Source of the DNA: Gemmatimonadales bacterium
GTDB lineage: Bacteria; Gemmatimonadota; Gemmatimonadetes; Gemmatimonadales; GWC2-71-9
Length of the DNA: 64,000 nucleotides
Direction of reading: 5' to 3'
Assembly (NCBI GenBank): GCA_041577295.1
Contig: JBFGJG010000001.1
Location: 64,001 to 128,000 of the forward strand
A model generated the notes under the pieces. That model ran no database searches, was not told where the DNA came from, and saw nothing but the letters and a program-made list of their open reading frames with translations. Positions 51,764-61,376 of this stretch are shown here, piece by piece; position 1 is the stretch's first letter; the number at the start of each line of letters is the position of its first letter. Made by a program: the position numbers and the translations under genes.

Positions 51764-52983
51764 GCCACCACCGCTTTCGCCATGTGTTTGATCACGGCGT
51801 CCGCGAATCCCGACGTGCGTACCTCCTTCGCCTTCGGCATCTGCCGGGCGAGATCGTACGTGACGGTCCTCGCCGAAATGGCCCCTTCGATTCCCTGGAC
51901 GATGGCGCGCGCAACATCAGTCCATCCCAGCTCCTCGAACATCATCACGCCCGAGAGGATGACGCTGGATGGATTGACCTTGTCTTGGTTGGCGTACTTT
52001 GGGGCGGTCCCGTGAGTCGCCTCGAAGACAGCGTAGCCATCGCCGAGATTGCCGCCCGGTGCCATGCCGAGGCCGCCCACTTGAGCCGCCGCGGCGTCGG
52101 AGAGGTAGTCACCGTTGAGATTAGGCGTTGCGATCACCGCATACTCATTCGGTCGCAATAGGATCTGCTGGAACATCGCGTCGGCAATCCGATCTTTGAT
52201 GACCACGCGGCCTTCCGCCTGCTTTCCCTCCCACAAATCGGATTCTGGCATTGTACGATCGCGAAAGCGCTCCTTGGCAACCTCGTAACCCCAGTCGCGG
52301 AACGCCCCCTCGGTGAACTTCATGATATTGCCCTTATGGACCAGGGTGACCGAGGTTCGCTGACGATCGATGGCATACTGAATGGCCTTGGCCACCAGGC
52401 GTTTCGAGTTGAACGCACTCATTGGCTTGATGCCGAGGGCGCTCCCCTCGCGGATGTTGGCTCCAAACGTGTCCCGCAGAAAGTTGCGGAGTTTCGTTGC
52501 CTCAGGACCCTCAGCCCGATACTCGATTCCCGCGTACACGTCCTCGATGTTCTCCCGAAAGATCACCACGTCCAGCTTGGCCGGTTCGCGCATCGGCGAG
52601 GGGACGCCGGCATAATACCGAACCGGTCGCACACACGCGTAGAGATCGAGGAGCTGTCGGAGGGACACGTTGAGTGAACGGATACCGCCACCGACCGGTG
52701 TGGTCAGCGGACCCTTGATGGCAATTCGATGAGTCTTGATAGCCTCAAGTGTGGCCTCAGGGAGCCATGTGCCCGCTTCGCGGTGCGCTTTCTCGCCGGC
52801 GAGCACCTCCATCCATTCGATCCGTCTCTTTCCACCAGACACTTCCTCGACGGCCGCGTCGAAAACCCGTTGCGCGGCGCGCCAAATGTCGGGCCCCGTT
52901 CCATCGCCCTCGATAAACGGGATGATGGGCTGCTCCGGAACGTGATACCGGCCGTCCCTCCATTCGATGCGCGCGCCGCTCAT
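51760..52983 (-). CDS. icd: NADP-dependent isocitrate dehydrogenase
   Basis: [56 protein letters not shown]. Confidence 0.97.
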   Translation of the reverse strand: MSGARIEWRDGRYHVPEQPIIPFIEGDGTGPDIWRAAQRVFDAAVEEVSGGKRRIEWMEVLAGEKAHREAGTWLPEATLEAIKTHRIAIKGPLTTPVGGGIRSLNVSLRQLLDLYACVRPVRYYAGVPSPMREPAKLDVVIFRENIEDVYAGIEYRAEGPEATKLRNFLRDTFGANIREGSALGIKPMSAFNSKRLVAKAIQYAIDRQRTSVTLVHKGNIMKFTEGAFRDWGYEVAKERFRDRTMPESDLWEGKQAEGRVVIKDRIADAMFQQILLRPNEYAVIATPNLNGDYLSDAAAAQVGGLGMAPGGNLGDGYAVFEATHGTAPKYANQDKVNPSSVILSGVMMFEELGWTDVARAIVQGIEGAISARTVTYDLARQMPKAKEVRTSGFADAVIKHMAKAVVA

Positions 52984-53194
52984 CGAGGGAGTTCCCCGGC
53001 GCCGACGGGCGGTGTGGCGCTGATGATATGTGTGTCCATGACCAGATTTGGATGCGTGGTGTGCAACTTGGGAGCGCCGGAACGCCCTAGCCCGGCGACA
53101 TTGACGCCTAAGGTTAGTCGTGGCGAGACCGAGCGGCAAGTTAGCGCGCGCACCGGTCTCCGCGTCTCACAGCGAGGGCAATTGTTGGGCGGAA

Positions 53195-53725
53195 CTACAG
53201 ATAGACGCGCCCCTTGGTGGCTTCCCAATTCTCCCAGAACCGGACGTAATACGAGCGATTTCGTCCCTGGGGTACGCGCCACCACGGATGATGTGGATCA
53301 TCGGAAGGAGGAGTGATGGCACACTCCGCGACGCTCGCTTTGTGTGAGCAATAGGGGCAAGGGTACGAGGTGACGCCGGGCGCAATCCACCAGATGTAAG
53401 GAGCTTTGGCAATGGTAGGCCACCCCTCGCAGTTGTGTACGACCGGACGGTACCACTGCGGCGGGCCATCCACCGCCTGTGTGAATCCGCAGAAACGGCA
53501 CCCACGATAGCGACGGTCTGGCTCTTCGAAGCGGGGGCCGTAGAAGCCGACGCGCTCGCAGCCCGGGCACGGGCCGGGATCCCGGCCCTCACCAAAGTTC
53601 AGAAAGCACTCGGAATCCCAATCCTCTTGCGTGTAGATGAGATCGCGCTCGATTTTGCCCACGGAGCCCATCGCGTGAAGACGCTGAACCGTACGGAAAC
53701 GCGTATTGGCAGGCGTAGATGCCAT
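53195..53725 (-). CDS. Cys/Trp-rich hypothetical protein (possible zinc ribbons)
   Basis: GAGGGG RBS; CPGC, CRFC, HNC, CPYC. Confidence 0.65.
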   Translation of the reverse strand: MASTPANTRFRTVQRLHAMGSVGKIERDLIYTQEDWDSECFLNFGEGRDPGPCPGCERVGFYGPRFEEPDRRYRGCRFCGFTQAVDGPPQWYRPVVHNCEGWPTIAKAPYIWWIAPGVTSYPCPYCSHKASVAECAITPPSDDPHHPWWRVPQGRNRSYYVRFWENWEATKGRVYL

Positions 53726-53788
53726 AATCCCCCTCTAGACTACCCGGTCCTCCTAAGCCTCACAAAGTAAGTACCTACTGAGAGAGTG

Positions 53789-54409
53789 CTAGTGCGATGG
53801 CGCACGGTTCGGCAGTGACACATGTAGATGGTCGGCGGTTCCGACGTGCCGAAGCGTGCGAAACCCCGTGAGGCGAAAGTACATAGTGAGGAGCCCGTTC
53901 CGCACCCATGACCGGCCCTGCGTACGGATGTCCATGGCGTGGACATAGCCGTCAGACTGAGGATAGTGATGTGAGCTAACCTGCGCGCGAAGGCCCATGG
54001 TCGCGTAGTCCTCAGGGGCCCGCTCGAGATCGGTGATCAACGCGCCCCGGTCAACCAACATCACCGTGCTGACCGCGACGCGGAGCAACGGATGGAGCGC
54101 GCGGTACTCCTGGCGCACCGCGTCTGACTTGGCCCGACCGTGCGCAAGGTGCAGCAGCGCGCCGGCACAATACACCATGACGAGGGGGGCGACGATGCGG
54201 GTTGCCAGGACGCGAACACGTGCCCGCCCAGTCGTCTTCTTCGAGAGCCACGAGGCGTATCCCGTGAGCACCGCACCGGCGAACACGGCACCGAGAGAGA
54301 CCGCGAGCCACACGGGGAAGCCGTCCCGCCAGGCAAGCATTGCGCCCCACAGGAGTGTTGCGAACGGGAGCAACAGCAGAACGAGAACCTTGAGCGCCGC
54401 GGTGACCAT
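53789..54409 (-). CDS. Membrane protein with C-terminal M15/LAS-like metallopeptidase motifs
   Basis: Three N-terminal TMs; SSHH...GYVHAMD and DHLHVS. Confidence 0.7.
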   Translation of the reverse strand: MVTAALKVLVLLLLPFATLLWGAMLAWRDGFPVWLAVSLGAVFAGAVLTGYASWLSKKTTGRARVRVLATRIVAPLVMVYCAGALLHLAHGRAKSDAVRQEYRALHPLLRVAVSTVMLVDRGALITDLERAPEDYATMGLRAQVSSHHYPQSDGYVHAMDIRTQGRSWVRNGLLTMYFRLTGFRTLRHVGTADHLHVSLPNRAPSH

Positions 54410-54481
54410 ACTGTCTCTACGCCCTGAAGGCTGGCGAGGTTTCTGGTCGGTGCGGAGAAGGCGTGGGGAGGAGAACCGACC

Positions 54482-55201
54482 TTATGGGCGGTCGGCAACC
54501 TCGAGTACCAGTCGGTCGAAATTGGCAGTTGCCTGTCGACGGGTGTTGTCCGTATCGACCATGATCGCGACCGCGGCCAATGTGTCGGGCTCGGCATCAA
54601 ACGCCCGCCGGTAATCCTCGAGCGGATCCCGTACATGGCTGACCCAGGTGTTGATGCGATCGTCACCGGATGCCACGACGATCATCGCAACGTCGTCCGT
54701 GAACGGGCTACGGTACACCGTGCCTAGGGGCTGGTGAGCACTCCACACATAACAGAGCGCCCGCCCGGACCACGGGCCTTCGCTCGCATCGAAGATGACA
54801 AAGACGCGGGCGGCGAAATCATCACCTCGCTTCTCCCGTTCCCGATCGTTCCCTCGCAGTGAGCGCTCAATGCGCCAACGCCACGAGATCTCGCGGACAC
54901 GACCAGCCTGCATGGCCACCTCCCGGACGAGTCCGGAATTCCCGGCCACGCTGCGGGCTTCCACGACCGGCCCGCCGGAAAGCGACCGAACGCGGTACCG
55001 AGTCGGACGACGCGCGAGCCGGTATTCCGACCAGTCAGCCAGTCCGCGCTCGGCAAGATCGGCGAGCAGTTCGACACGCCCTGCGGGATCGTGAACGAAC
55101 ACGGTGCCGGCTTGCCCGACCAGCGGCGGAGCGCTGGTGAGCACGAGCAACCCCAGCAGCCACAGCTGCCGATTACCCGAGGTGCCGGAGGGTTCGGTCA
55201 T
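54482..55201 (-). CDS. DUF3047 domain protein
   Basis: SWRW, GDDFAARVFVIF, LCYVWS, DYRRAF, IMVDTDNT. Confidence 0.88.
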   Translation of the reverse strand: MTEPSGTSGNRQLWLLGLLVLTSAPPLVGQAGTVFVHDPAGRVELLADLAERGLADWSEYRLARRPTRYRVRSLSGGPVVEARSVAGNSGLVREVAMQAGRVREISWRWRIERSLRGNDREREKRGDDFAARVFVIFDASEGPWSGRALCYVWSAHQPLGTVYRSPFTDDVAMIVVASGDDRINTWVSHVRDPLEDYRRAFDAEPDTLAAVAIMVDTDNTRRQATANFDRLVLEVADRP

Positions 55202-55318
55202 CCCTTGTAGAATGGGCTCAGTCGCCACCAGGTTCCAGCTCTTCGCGAGTCGCATTCGCGCCGCACGGGAGTTAGAATCGTCCCGCAGAGGTCAAATCGC
55301 CGGGTCTTCGGAGGGCCT

Positions 55319-55597
55319 ATGAAGCAGAGATGGGGCCGTATGCTTGCCTTCGCCGTTGTCGTCGTAATCTTCGTGACCTACCTGGTCTGGGGAAGCTTAC
55401 GCGCGGTGCAAGCCGAATGCGAATTGTGTATCGAGTTCCGCGGACGCACCGAATGCCGCACGGGCTCCGGTGAGACCCAGCAGGACGCTATTAGCGCGGC
55501 GCAGCGCGCAGCATGCGCGGTGATGGCGGCGGGGATGGACGAGAGCATTGCCTGCCAGAATCGGCCGCCGCAAAACTTGCGCTGCTCCACGAGGTAG
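55319..55597 (+). CDS. Small membrane-anchored six-cysteine protein
   Basis: GGAGG RBS; N-terminal TM; CELC, ECR, ACA, ACQ, RCS. Confidence 0.7.
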   Translation: MKQRWGRMLAFAVVVVIFVTYLVWGSLRAVQAECELCIEFRGRTECRTGSGETQQDAISAAQRAACAVMAAGMDESIACQNRPPQNLRCSTR

Positions 55598-55684
55598 GGC
55601 GCCGAATGTCAAGAGGCTGAGGGCGAGCTCAGCGGCCGTCCGCCCTCAACCTCTTCGTTAACGCTACCGTTTTTGGCCTCGCAG

Positions 55685-57133
55685 TCAGGTGGGTGGACCA
55701 CCGTTGTCATCATCAGGCGGAGGCGGTGCCACACCACCACACTTCCCGAGCATCACGGACCCGAGCACGTTGAGCCGTCCCCGGCCGTACAATGCACTCA
55801 GAGGACGTCCGTCGATCTCGTCGGCTCCTTCGAAGAGACACTGCCTGAGATAGGACGCTCCCTGATCGAGCTTAATGGTCGACTCGATCACCCCCGCGGC
55901 GCCTGTGACGTGGGGTGCGGAGAAGCTCGTGCCGGCGCTAAAGACATACGTCGCTCCGCCGCCGCAGATGTCGGGAACCGCAATGCTACTGCAGGGCGCG
56001 AGAATCAGATCCGCGATCACGCTCCCCTCCACGAAGTCCCCTCCGGGGGCCAGGATGTTCACCCCGGCCCTGCCGTAGTTGGTGTAGGAGGCGAGTGCGT
56101 CGAAGTTTTGCTGCGCGACGGGAGCGGTAGCGCCTACGCTAACGACGGCGTCCAGCCCCGACGGGAAGTGAAAGACTGGCGACCCAAAGTCGATCTTGAT
56201 CCCGGAATTGCCGGCGGAGGCAACAATCAACGTGCCGCGTTTGAACGCAAAGTTCACGGCGCGCTGGGTGGCAACGATAAGCGGGTCCTTGCGGAAAACC
56301 TCAGGAATCAACCCGCCAAAGCTGATGTTGACAGCGTCCGCTCCGATGAGGCCGGCGTAGAGGAAGCCGTCGATGATCGCGCCAAACGGTGCCAAGCCTT
56401 CGATCCCTGCGATTTTGATCATGCAGAGGTCGGCGTCAGGTGCCACCGAGGCGGTTCCGATTCCGTTCGAGCCAACGATGCCAGTGACGAATGTGCCGTG
56501 GAAATTACGGTCGAGAATGTCAGGCTCGTCATCGAAGAACGACTTGCTGAGATCGAGGTTGACCTTCCCTGCCAGATCGATGTGCCCCGGGTCGATGCCG
56601 CTATCCATAATGCACAGGAGACTGCCTTCCCCCTGCGGGGTCACCAGCCAAGCGTCATCGGCCTTGACCTGTCGCATGTTCCACTGGAAGGCGTCGAAGA
56701 ATGCGGCGCCGCTCTGATCCGTCTCCGGGGGAAGCTCGTCCATCTGGACGAACTCGAGCTGCTCTATCGGAGGGATCCACTGGAAATCGAAGTCGCGCGC
56801 GACGGCCTCAACCTCCACCATCCCACCGAGTCGCGCACTCGTCGCGTCATCCAGACCGCTCACGGTGAGCACACCGATCTCGTCGTGGCGATGTTCGATC
56901 GTGCCACCAAGCGCGCGGATGCGAGAGAGGAGCCTTCGGGTTGGGGCTCGCTCCTCCCGCAGGACCACCACAAAATCACGTAGCTGGGCGCCTTCGCCAG
57001 CCACTTCCGCGAAGTTTGGCAGTGGTACCGCCGTTGGATCCGGTCCCGTCGTCTGGTCGACGCAACCCACCGCCAGCAAAGTCGCGGCCGCCAGTCCGAG
57101 GATTCGGGTTGGTTGCACCTTGGACAGTCTCAT
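55685..57133 (-). CDS. S8 family serine peptidase lipoprotein
   Basis: GGAGG RBS; AVGC lipobox; MDSG, FHGTFV, ASAGN, GTSFSAPHVTG. Confidence 0.92.
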   Translation of the reverse strand: MRLSKVQPTRILGLAAATLLAVGCVDQTTGPDPTAVPLPNFAEVAGEGAQLRDFVVVLREERAPTRRLLSRIRALGGTIEHRHDEIGVLTVSGLDDATSARLGGMVEVEAVARDFDFQWIPPIEQLEFVQMDELPPETDQSGAAFFDAFQWNMRQVKADDAWLVTPQGEGSLLCIMDSGIDPGHIDLAGKVNLDLSKSFFDDEPDILDRNFHGTFVTGIVGSNGIGTASVAPDADLCMIKIAGIEGLAPFGAIIDGFLYAGLIGADAVNISFGGLIPEVFRKDPLIVATQRAVNFAFKRGTLIVASAGNSGIKIDFGSPVFHFPSGLDAVVSVGATAPVAQQNFDALASYTNYGRAGVNILAPGGDFVEGSVIADLILAPCSSIAVPDICGGGATYVFSAGTSFSAPHVTGAAGVIESTIKLDQGASYLRQCLFEGADEIDGRPLSALYGRGRLNVLGSVMLGKCGGVAPPPPDDDNGGPPT

Positions 57134-57448
57134 GAACACCTCCGTGGGGAAAACAAATAGCGCCGCGTAGGTGAGCGCGGCGCAGTCGATAGGTCTCGGT
57201 TTGCGGAATGTCACGATCGGGCAGTGTCTCACAGACCCTGGCCTTGAGTCATCAGGTTTCCGTATCGCGTTCGCGCGATTATTGGATGTCGGTCGGTCGG
57301 TCGCAAGAGTTGCGAAGACGCAACACTTTTTCACGTTATCTGCAATCGCCTATATGAAGGAATGTGTTACGCTACCCGTTTGGAGGCTTGGATCTCACAT
57401 CTCAACCTGCAACCAGTTGACGATTAGGCTGAGTCGACCGTGACGTTC

Positions 57449-57871
57449 ATGAGAAACATAGGACTGCTCGCGTGCTGTTTTTCCCTTCTCGCTACCTCTA
57501 TTAGCGCTCAGGAGCCGGGCGACAGTGTGCGCCTCATGCGCCAGGGCGACTCTACCTGGGTCTACGGCCGGGTGCTTACCGCGGCCGGTCAAGAGTTAGT
57601 GGTCGGGGATATCACGGGCGTCGAGGTCTTCAACCGGCGGATCATCGTCCGCTTGGAGCGCTTCCGCCGTCGTCGTGCCGAGTGGGTTATTGGCACTTGG
57701 GCGCTGGGCGGCCTGGCGGCGGGGGCATTGGTCGCAGCGCTCACGGCCGACGACGCTACCACGGAGGATGTCGTCGTCACAGTCGTCGCTGGGACCGGGG
57801 TAGGCATAGCGGCGGGGTTTCTCGATTTCCGTTTCCGGCCCGGGGGTTGGGTCGTTGTCCCTCCACCCTGA
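57449..57871 (+). CDS. Exported/membrane hypothetical protein with Gly-rich helices
   Basis: Signal peptide, short beta domain, two Gly/Ala-rich hydrophobic helices. Confidence 0.6.
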   Translation: MRNIGLLACCFSLLATSISAQEPGDSVRLMRQGDSTWVYGRVLTAAGQELVVGDITGVEVFNRRIIVRLERFRRRRAEWVIGTWALGGLAAGALVAALTADDATTEDVVVTVVAGTGVGIAAGFLDFRFRPGGWVVVPPP

Positions 57872-58121
57872 CCTCATCCTTTACTTTAAGTGCCACGCCG
57901 ATCAACTAGCCAGCCGCCTGCTCCCGGCCGCTGGGTTAATCTGAGCGGCATGCCAAGCCTCCACCCGCTACGAATCCGCGCCTCCTACCGATCAAAAGCC
58001 GAATCAGGGGCCGGGACAGCTTTCTTTCCGCGGTTTTCTGGCCGATTCTGCATTTTCCTGTATCTTTCTTTCCTTTCCTTCTAGCAGAAAAGCAAACCGG
58101 CCCTTCTTTTATAGGAGTGTC

Positions 58122-58574
58122 ATGAAGGTTCAAGAGGCTGCGTTCAAGGTTCTGAGCACGGAGGGCAGACCGCTCTCCTCCCGCGAGTTGGCGAGTCGGA
58201 TCCTCGACGGTGGGATGGTGACGAGCGCCGCTCGAGACCCTGCGCTTTCCGTGGCCTCGACAATCGAAAAAAACATCCGGAGCAAGACGTATAACCGACC
58301 GGAGCTCGTGTTCGTGCACACGTCTTCAGGACGGCTCGTCGCGCTTCCGAGCTGGAAGCCCCGGAGCGTGCCGCCAGGGCCGGACCGGCGCACGGTTTCA
58401 GTCCCGATTCCAGCGGACCTCGCCGACAAGATCAAGCTGGCAGCGCAGGCAGGCCTAGCACCGTCGTTCGAGGCGACCACCGCAATGGTGTTGCGGAAAG
58501 GATTGGCGGCGGCGGCGCCTCAAATCAAAGCGGCCCTCATGCGGCAGCTGGAGGCACTCGAGCACGCGGGGTGA
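58122..58574 (+). CDS. HARE-HTH-like winged-helix protein with possible C-terminal ribbon-helix-helix
   Basis: AGGAG RBS; EAAFKVL..EGRPL..REL...I...G......P..SV.STI; C-terminal TVSVPIPADLADKI. Confidence 0.7.
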   Translation: MKVQEAAFKVLSTEGRPLSSRELASRILDGGMVTSAARDPALSVASTIEKNIRSKTYNRPELVFVHTSSGRLVALPSWKPRSVPPGPDRRTVSVPIPADLADKIKLAAQAGLAPSFEATTAMVLRKGLAAAAPQIKAALMRQLEALEHAG

Positions 58575-58808
58575 GGGTCGGCGTGTACGTGAGAAAGTGT
58601 AGATAGGCAAGGAGAGGACGAGGCCGTCAACAGGGCGGCCGTTTTGTTGCCGGCCATTCGGTAGCGTGATTCTGCCCCCGCCCGTGACCCGCGTTCAGTT
58701 AGTTGCGGTTCCGTTGCGCCGCCCGTACGTTAGCGCCACCCGCGACGTCTGCCACGTCCCGCCACGGCACACGGTGTTCAGGATCTCGTCACATTTCGAG
58801 GAGGGCAC

Positions 58809-59264
58809 ATGCGTCTGTCACCATCGCTCATCGCGACGGCGCTCATCGGCATCTCGATCACGCCCGGCGCGGTGCACGCGCAAGAGGAAGCGCCGCCAAC
58901 CCATTACCTCTCCGTCACGACCTTCCAAGTTCCCTACGACGCGGACGCACGGCAGAAGGTGAATTGGTGGATCGACTCGGTCATGGTGCCGACCGCGAAA
59001 ATGAACCCCAGTGTGCGGTCGTATCGTGTGGCGAACCACATCTATGGTGCCAGGGGAGGCGATATCGTCATCGTCACCGAATACGCCGACTGGAATGCCA
59101 TCAATGCCGATTGTGAACCGTGCTCCACGTGGTTCCAAAATCGCCAGCCTGCAGAAGGCACACCGGAGCGCGAGGCGTGGAACGCGGCACAAGCGATGTT
59201 CTTCAAGTACTTCACGGGACATCATGATGAGGTCTATGTCTTCAATATGAGTCGCGCGAAGTAG
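58809..59264 (+). CDS. Secreted hypothetical protein
   Basis: GAGGAGG RBS; signal peptide VHA-Q; CEPC; GHHDEVY end. Confidence 0.75.
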   Translation: MRLSPSLIATALIGISITPGAVHAQEEAPPTHYLSVTTFQVPYDADARQKVNWWIDSVMVPTAKMNPSVRSYRVANHIYGARGGDIVIVTEYADWNAINADCEPCSTWFQNRQPAEGTPEREAWNAAQAMFFKYFTGHHDEVYVFNMSRAK

Positions 59265-59382
59265 GCAGCGAAAGAACGGCGAGGTAGGAGCGGGTCGCCT
59301 GGCGCCTCGTGAAAAAAAGGCCCGATGCGGTCGCAACCTGACTTGATGTCAAGCGATCCTGAGTGATGGCGCTTAACGAAAA

Positions 59383-59408
59383 ACGCCCGGCCGGTTCCGG
59401 CCGGGCGT
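59383..59408 (-). terminator. Rho-independent terminator downstream of tRNA-Leu
   Basis: ACGCCCGGCCG-N4-CGGCCGGGCGT followed by a T-run on the minus strand. Confidence 0.8.
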
Positions 59409-59426
59409 CGTGCTTCTCATGTGCAA

Positions 59427-59509
59427 TGCCCGAGGTGAGAGTCGAACTCACACGCCGTTGCCGGCACCGGATTTTGAGTCCGGCGCGTCTGCCATTCCGC
59501 CACTCGGGC
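59427..59509 (-). tRNA. tRNA-Leu(CAA)
   Basis: GCCCGAG acceptor stem, TGGCGGAATGGCAGACGC D-arm, CCGGA-CTCAAAA-TCCGG anticodon arm, long variable arm, GTTCGAC T-loop; CCA not encoded. Confidence 0.96.
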
Positions 59510-59652
59510 TGGGGGAACGAATATACCCAGGGGGTGTGGCCCGTCCAAAAGCGGCTACCCGCGTCGGCGCACAGACACGCACAGCATAAAATCCAGGCCG
59601 GTGCCCATGTTCCTGGAGCACCGTTTCTCTTCTTCGGTTTTTCCGTTGCCTT

Positions 59653-60141
59653 TTAGGGGCGCCGCCTCACATCCCTTCCCTGCATCCGCTGTTGCAGGAC
59701 CCGCTCGACCTGCATCTGGAATCGTCTGATCGCAATGGTGAGCTGCGCGAGCTGGACCGGCGAGAGAAACTCCCCAAACTGGGCCTGTTCGATGCGTAGC
59801 CGCTCCACGCGTTCACTCTGCACGTCTACGAGGCCAGCAAGCAGCCGGCTCAGACTATCCTGATCCGCAGCAATGCCCGGGCGCATCTGTCCCTCGAGTC
59901 CCAGCCACAGCGCTCGCTCTCGGCGGTTGAGCGCATTGCGCGCATCGAATGCCTCCCGCGCCACCCGTTGGAACCGCACAAACTGCTCATCCGTAAGTCC
60001 TGCCTGCGAACGGTAGTTGACCATGAATCGCTCCAGCACCTGCTCCTGAAGCCGCTCGCGCTCCATGTCCGGGGTCTGCGCGCTGACCGGAGTCGATGCC
60101 CACGCCAGCGCAAGGACGATCAGAACGACGGGGCGCATCAT
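59653..60141 (-). CDS. Periplasmic helical protein (Spy/CpxP-like)
   Basis: Signal peptide, GLTDEQ and FLSPVQ (LTxxQ-like) motifs; third gene of the ECF cluster. Confidence 0.7.
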   Translation of the reverse strand: MMRPVVLIVLALAWASTPVSAQTPDMERERLQEQVLERFMVNYRSQAGLTDEQFVRFQRVAREAFDARNALNRRERALWLGLEGQMRPGIAADQDSLSRLLAGLVDVQSERVERLRIEQAQFGEFLSPVQLAQLTIAIRRFQMQVERVLQQRMQGRDVRRRP

Positions 60142-60536
60142 CCCTCCATGCTCTGAAGCAGTGTCTCGAGCTGACGCGACGAAAGATCATCGAGCGAGAC
60201 CGGGACCAACTCGGAGAGCGGAGCCTCCACCTCGAGCGAGTCCATCAACTCTGTCAGCTCGGTCGCGGCCAACTCCTCGATGGTGACCGGTACCGGTGCC
60301 GTGAGATCGATTGCCACCGGCGTCTCGTTTGGTTGGAAGACTGCTAAGCCAATCGCGACTACCAGCACGGCGGCTGCCGCGATCCAGCGCACCGCGCTCA
60401 TGCGCCAAACACGAACGACCACCGGCGCCGTTCGCAGCCGCGCCACGACAGCTTCGGCGGTTCGGTCTGCATCGATACGGCCAGCCTCCCGCTCGCCAAG
60501 TCGCTTTGCCAGTGCCTCGAGCTCGTGATCTTCCAT
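60138..60536 (-). CDS. Putative membrane anti-sigma factor
   Basis: AGGAG upstream; single TM WIAAAAVLVVAIGL; follows the ECF sigma. Confidence 0.7.
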   Translation of the reverse strand: MEDHELEALAKRLGEREAGRIDADRTAEAVVARLRTAPVVVRVWRMSAVRWIAAAAVLVVAIGLAVFQPNETPVAIDLTAPVPVTIEELAATELTELMDSLEVEAPLSELVPVSLDDLSSRQLETLLQSMEG

Positions 60537-60647
60537 GTACTCTCTACTCCTTGCTGGGAGATCGACGGGATTGGCTAATCCCACTCCCCGTCTTCTGCTC
60601 CCTACATACCGCTCAGCGGTAGCTGTTTACTGCGTAAAGCTCACTGC

Positions 60648-61199
60648 TCACTGCAGTATCTGCTTCAACCGCTTCACCGCATGATGGTAGTGCACGCGGG
60701 CGGCACCGATACTGGTCTCCAGCACCTCCGCGATTTCTTCGTAGGGCAGCCCCTGCTGTGCACGCAACAGAAAAACGTCGCGCTGCATTGCCGGCAACTG
60801 TCGAACCTCTTCCTGCAACCGGTCCACCAGGTCTCGTTCACGCAGCGCCGACTGCGGATCGTTGCCCTCGTCGACGATTTCCCGATCCTCGAGTGGCAGC
60901 ACCTTGCGCCGACGCCGACGCCGACGAAGATCCTTGAGCGCATTCATTCCAATAGTCAGCAGCCATGAGCGAAACTCCGCCTCGCCCCGGAAGGTGTCGA
61001 TGCGCCGGAACGCTCGGAAGAACGTCTCCTGCACGAGATCATCGAGATCTTCCCCTGCTCCCCCTGCTGCCAAGAACCGAGCTACCGAACTCGTATGGCG
61101 GCGCACCAGTTCACCCGCGGCTCCCTCGTCGCCCGACCGCCAGGCCGCGATCAGTTCGCGGTCAGGGACACCGTGTAGACGAGGCTCCGGCGAGCTCAC
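60648..61199 (-). CDS. ECF RNA polymerase sigma factor
   Basis: DDLVQETFFRAF, FRSWLLTI, LPAMQRDVFLL, YEEIAEVL. Confidence 0.93.
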   Translation of the reverse strand: MSSPEPRLHGVPDRELIAAWRSGDEGAAGELVRRHTSSVARFLAAGGAGEDLDDLVQETFFRAFRRIDTFRGEAEFRSWLLTIGMNALKDLRRRRRRRKVLPLEDREIVDEGNDPQSALRERDLVDRLQEEVRQLPAMQRDVFLLRAQQGLPYEEIAEVLETSIGAARVHYHHAVKRLKQILQ

Positions 61200-61331
61200 A
61201 CCAAGAGAGACGTTGGGCGGCCCGAAACGTTAACTCCGTGCGGGATGGCAAGATCCGCCAGCGTCGCCGGACTTGTGGCACCGAGGCGACTAGCGAATCG
61301 CGCACGCCCCGATGAAGCGCCACCTGGTGTC

Positions 61332-61376
61332 TTGACCATCCTACACCCCTGGAGTAAGTTCGAACGAACGTTCGAA
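61332..61376 (+). promoter_or_regulatory. Sigma70 promoter with overlapping palindromic TetR (PaaR-type) operator
   Basis: TTGACC-N17-TAAGTT, then TTCGAAC-GAAC-GTTCGAA running into the ATG. Confidence 0.75.

Noticed and set aside
53000..59426. Intact integrative element at tRNA-Leu
   Set aside because: No integrase, transposase or duplicated tRNA 3' end found by eye
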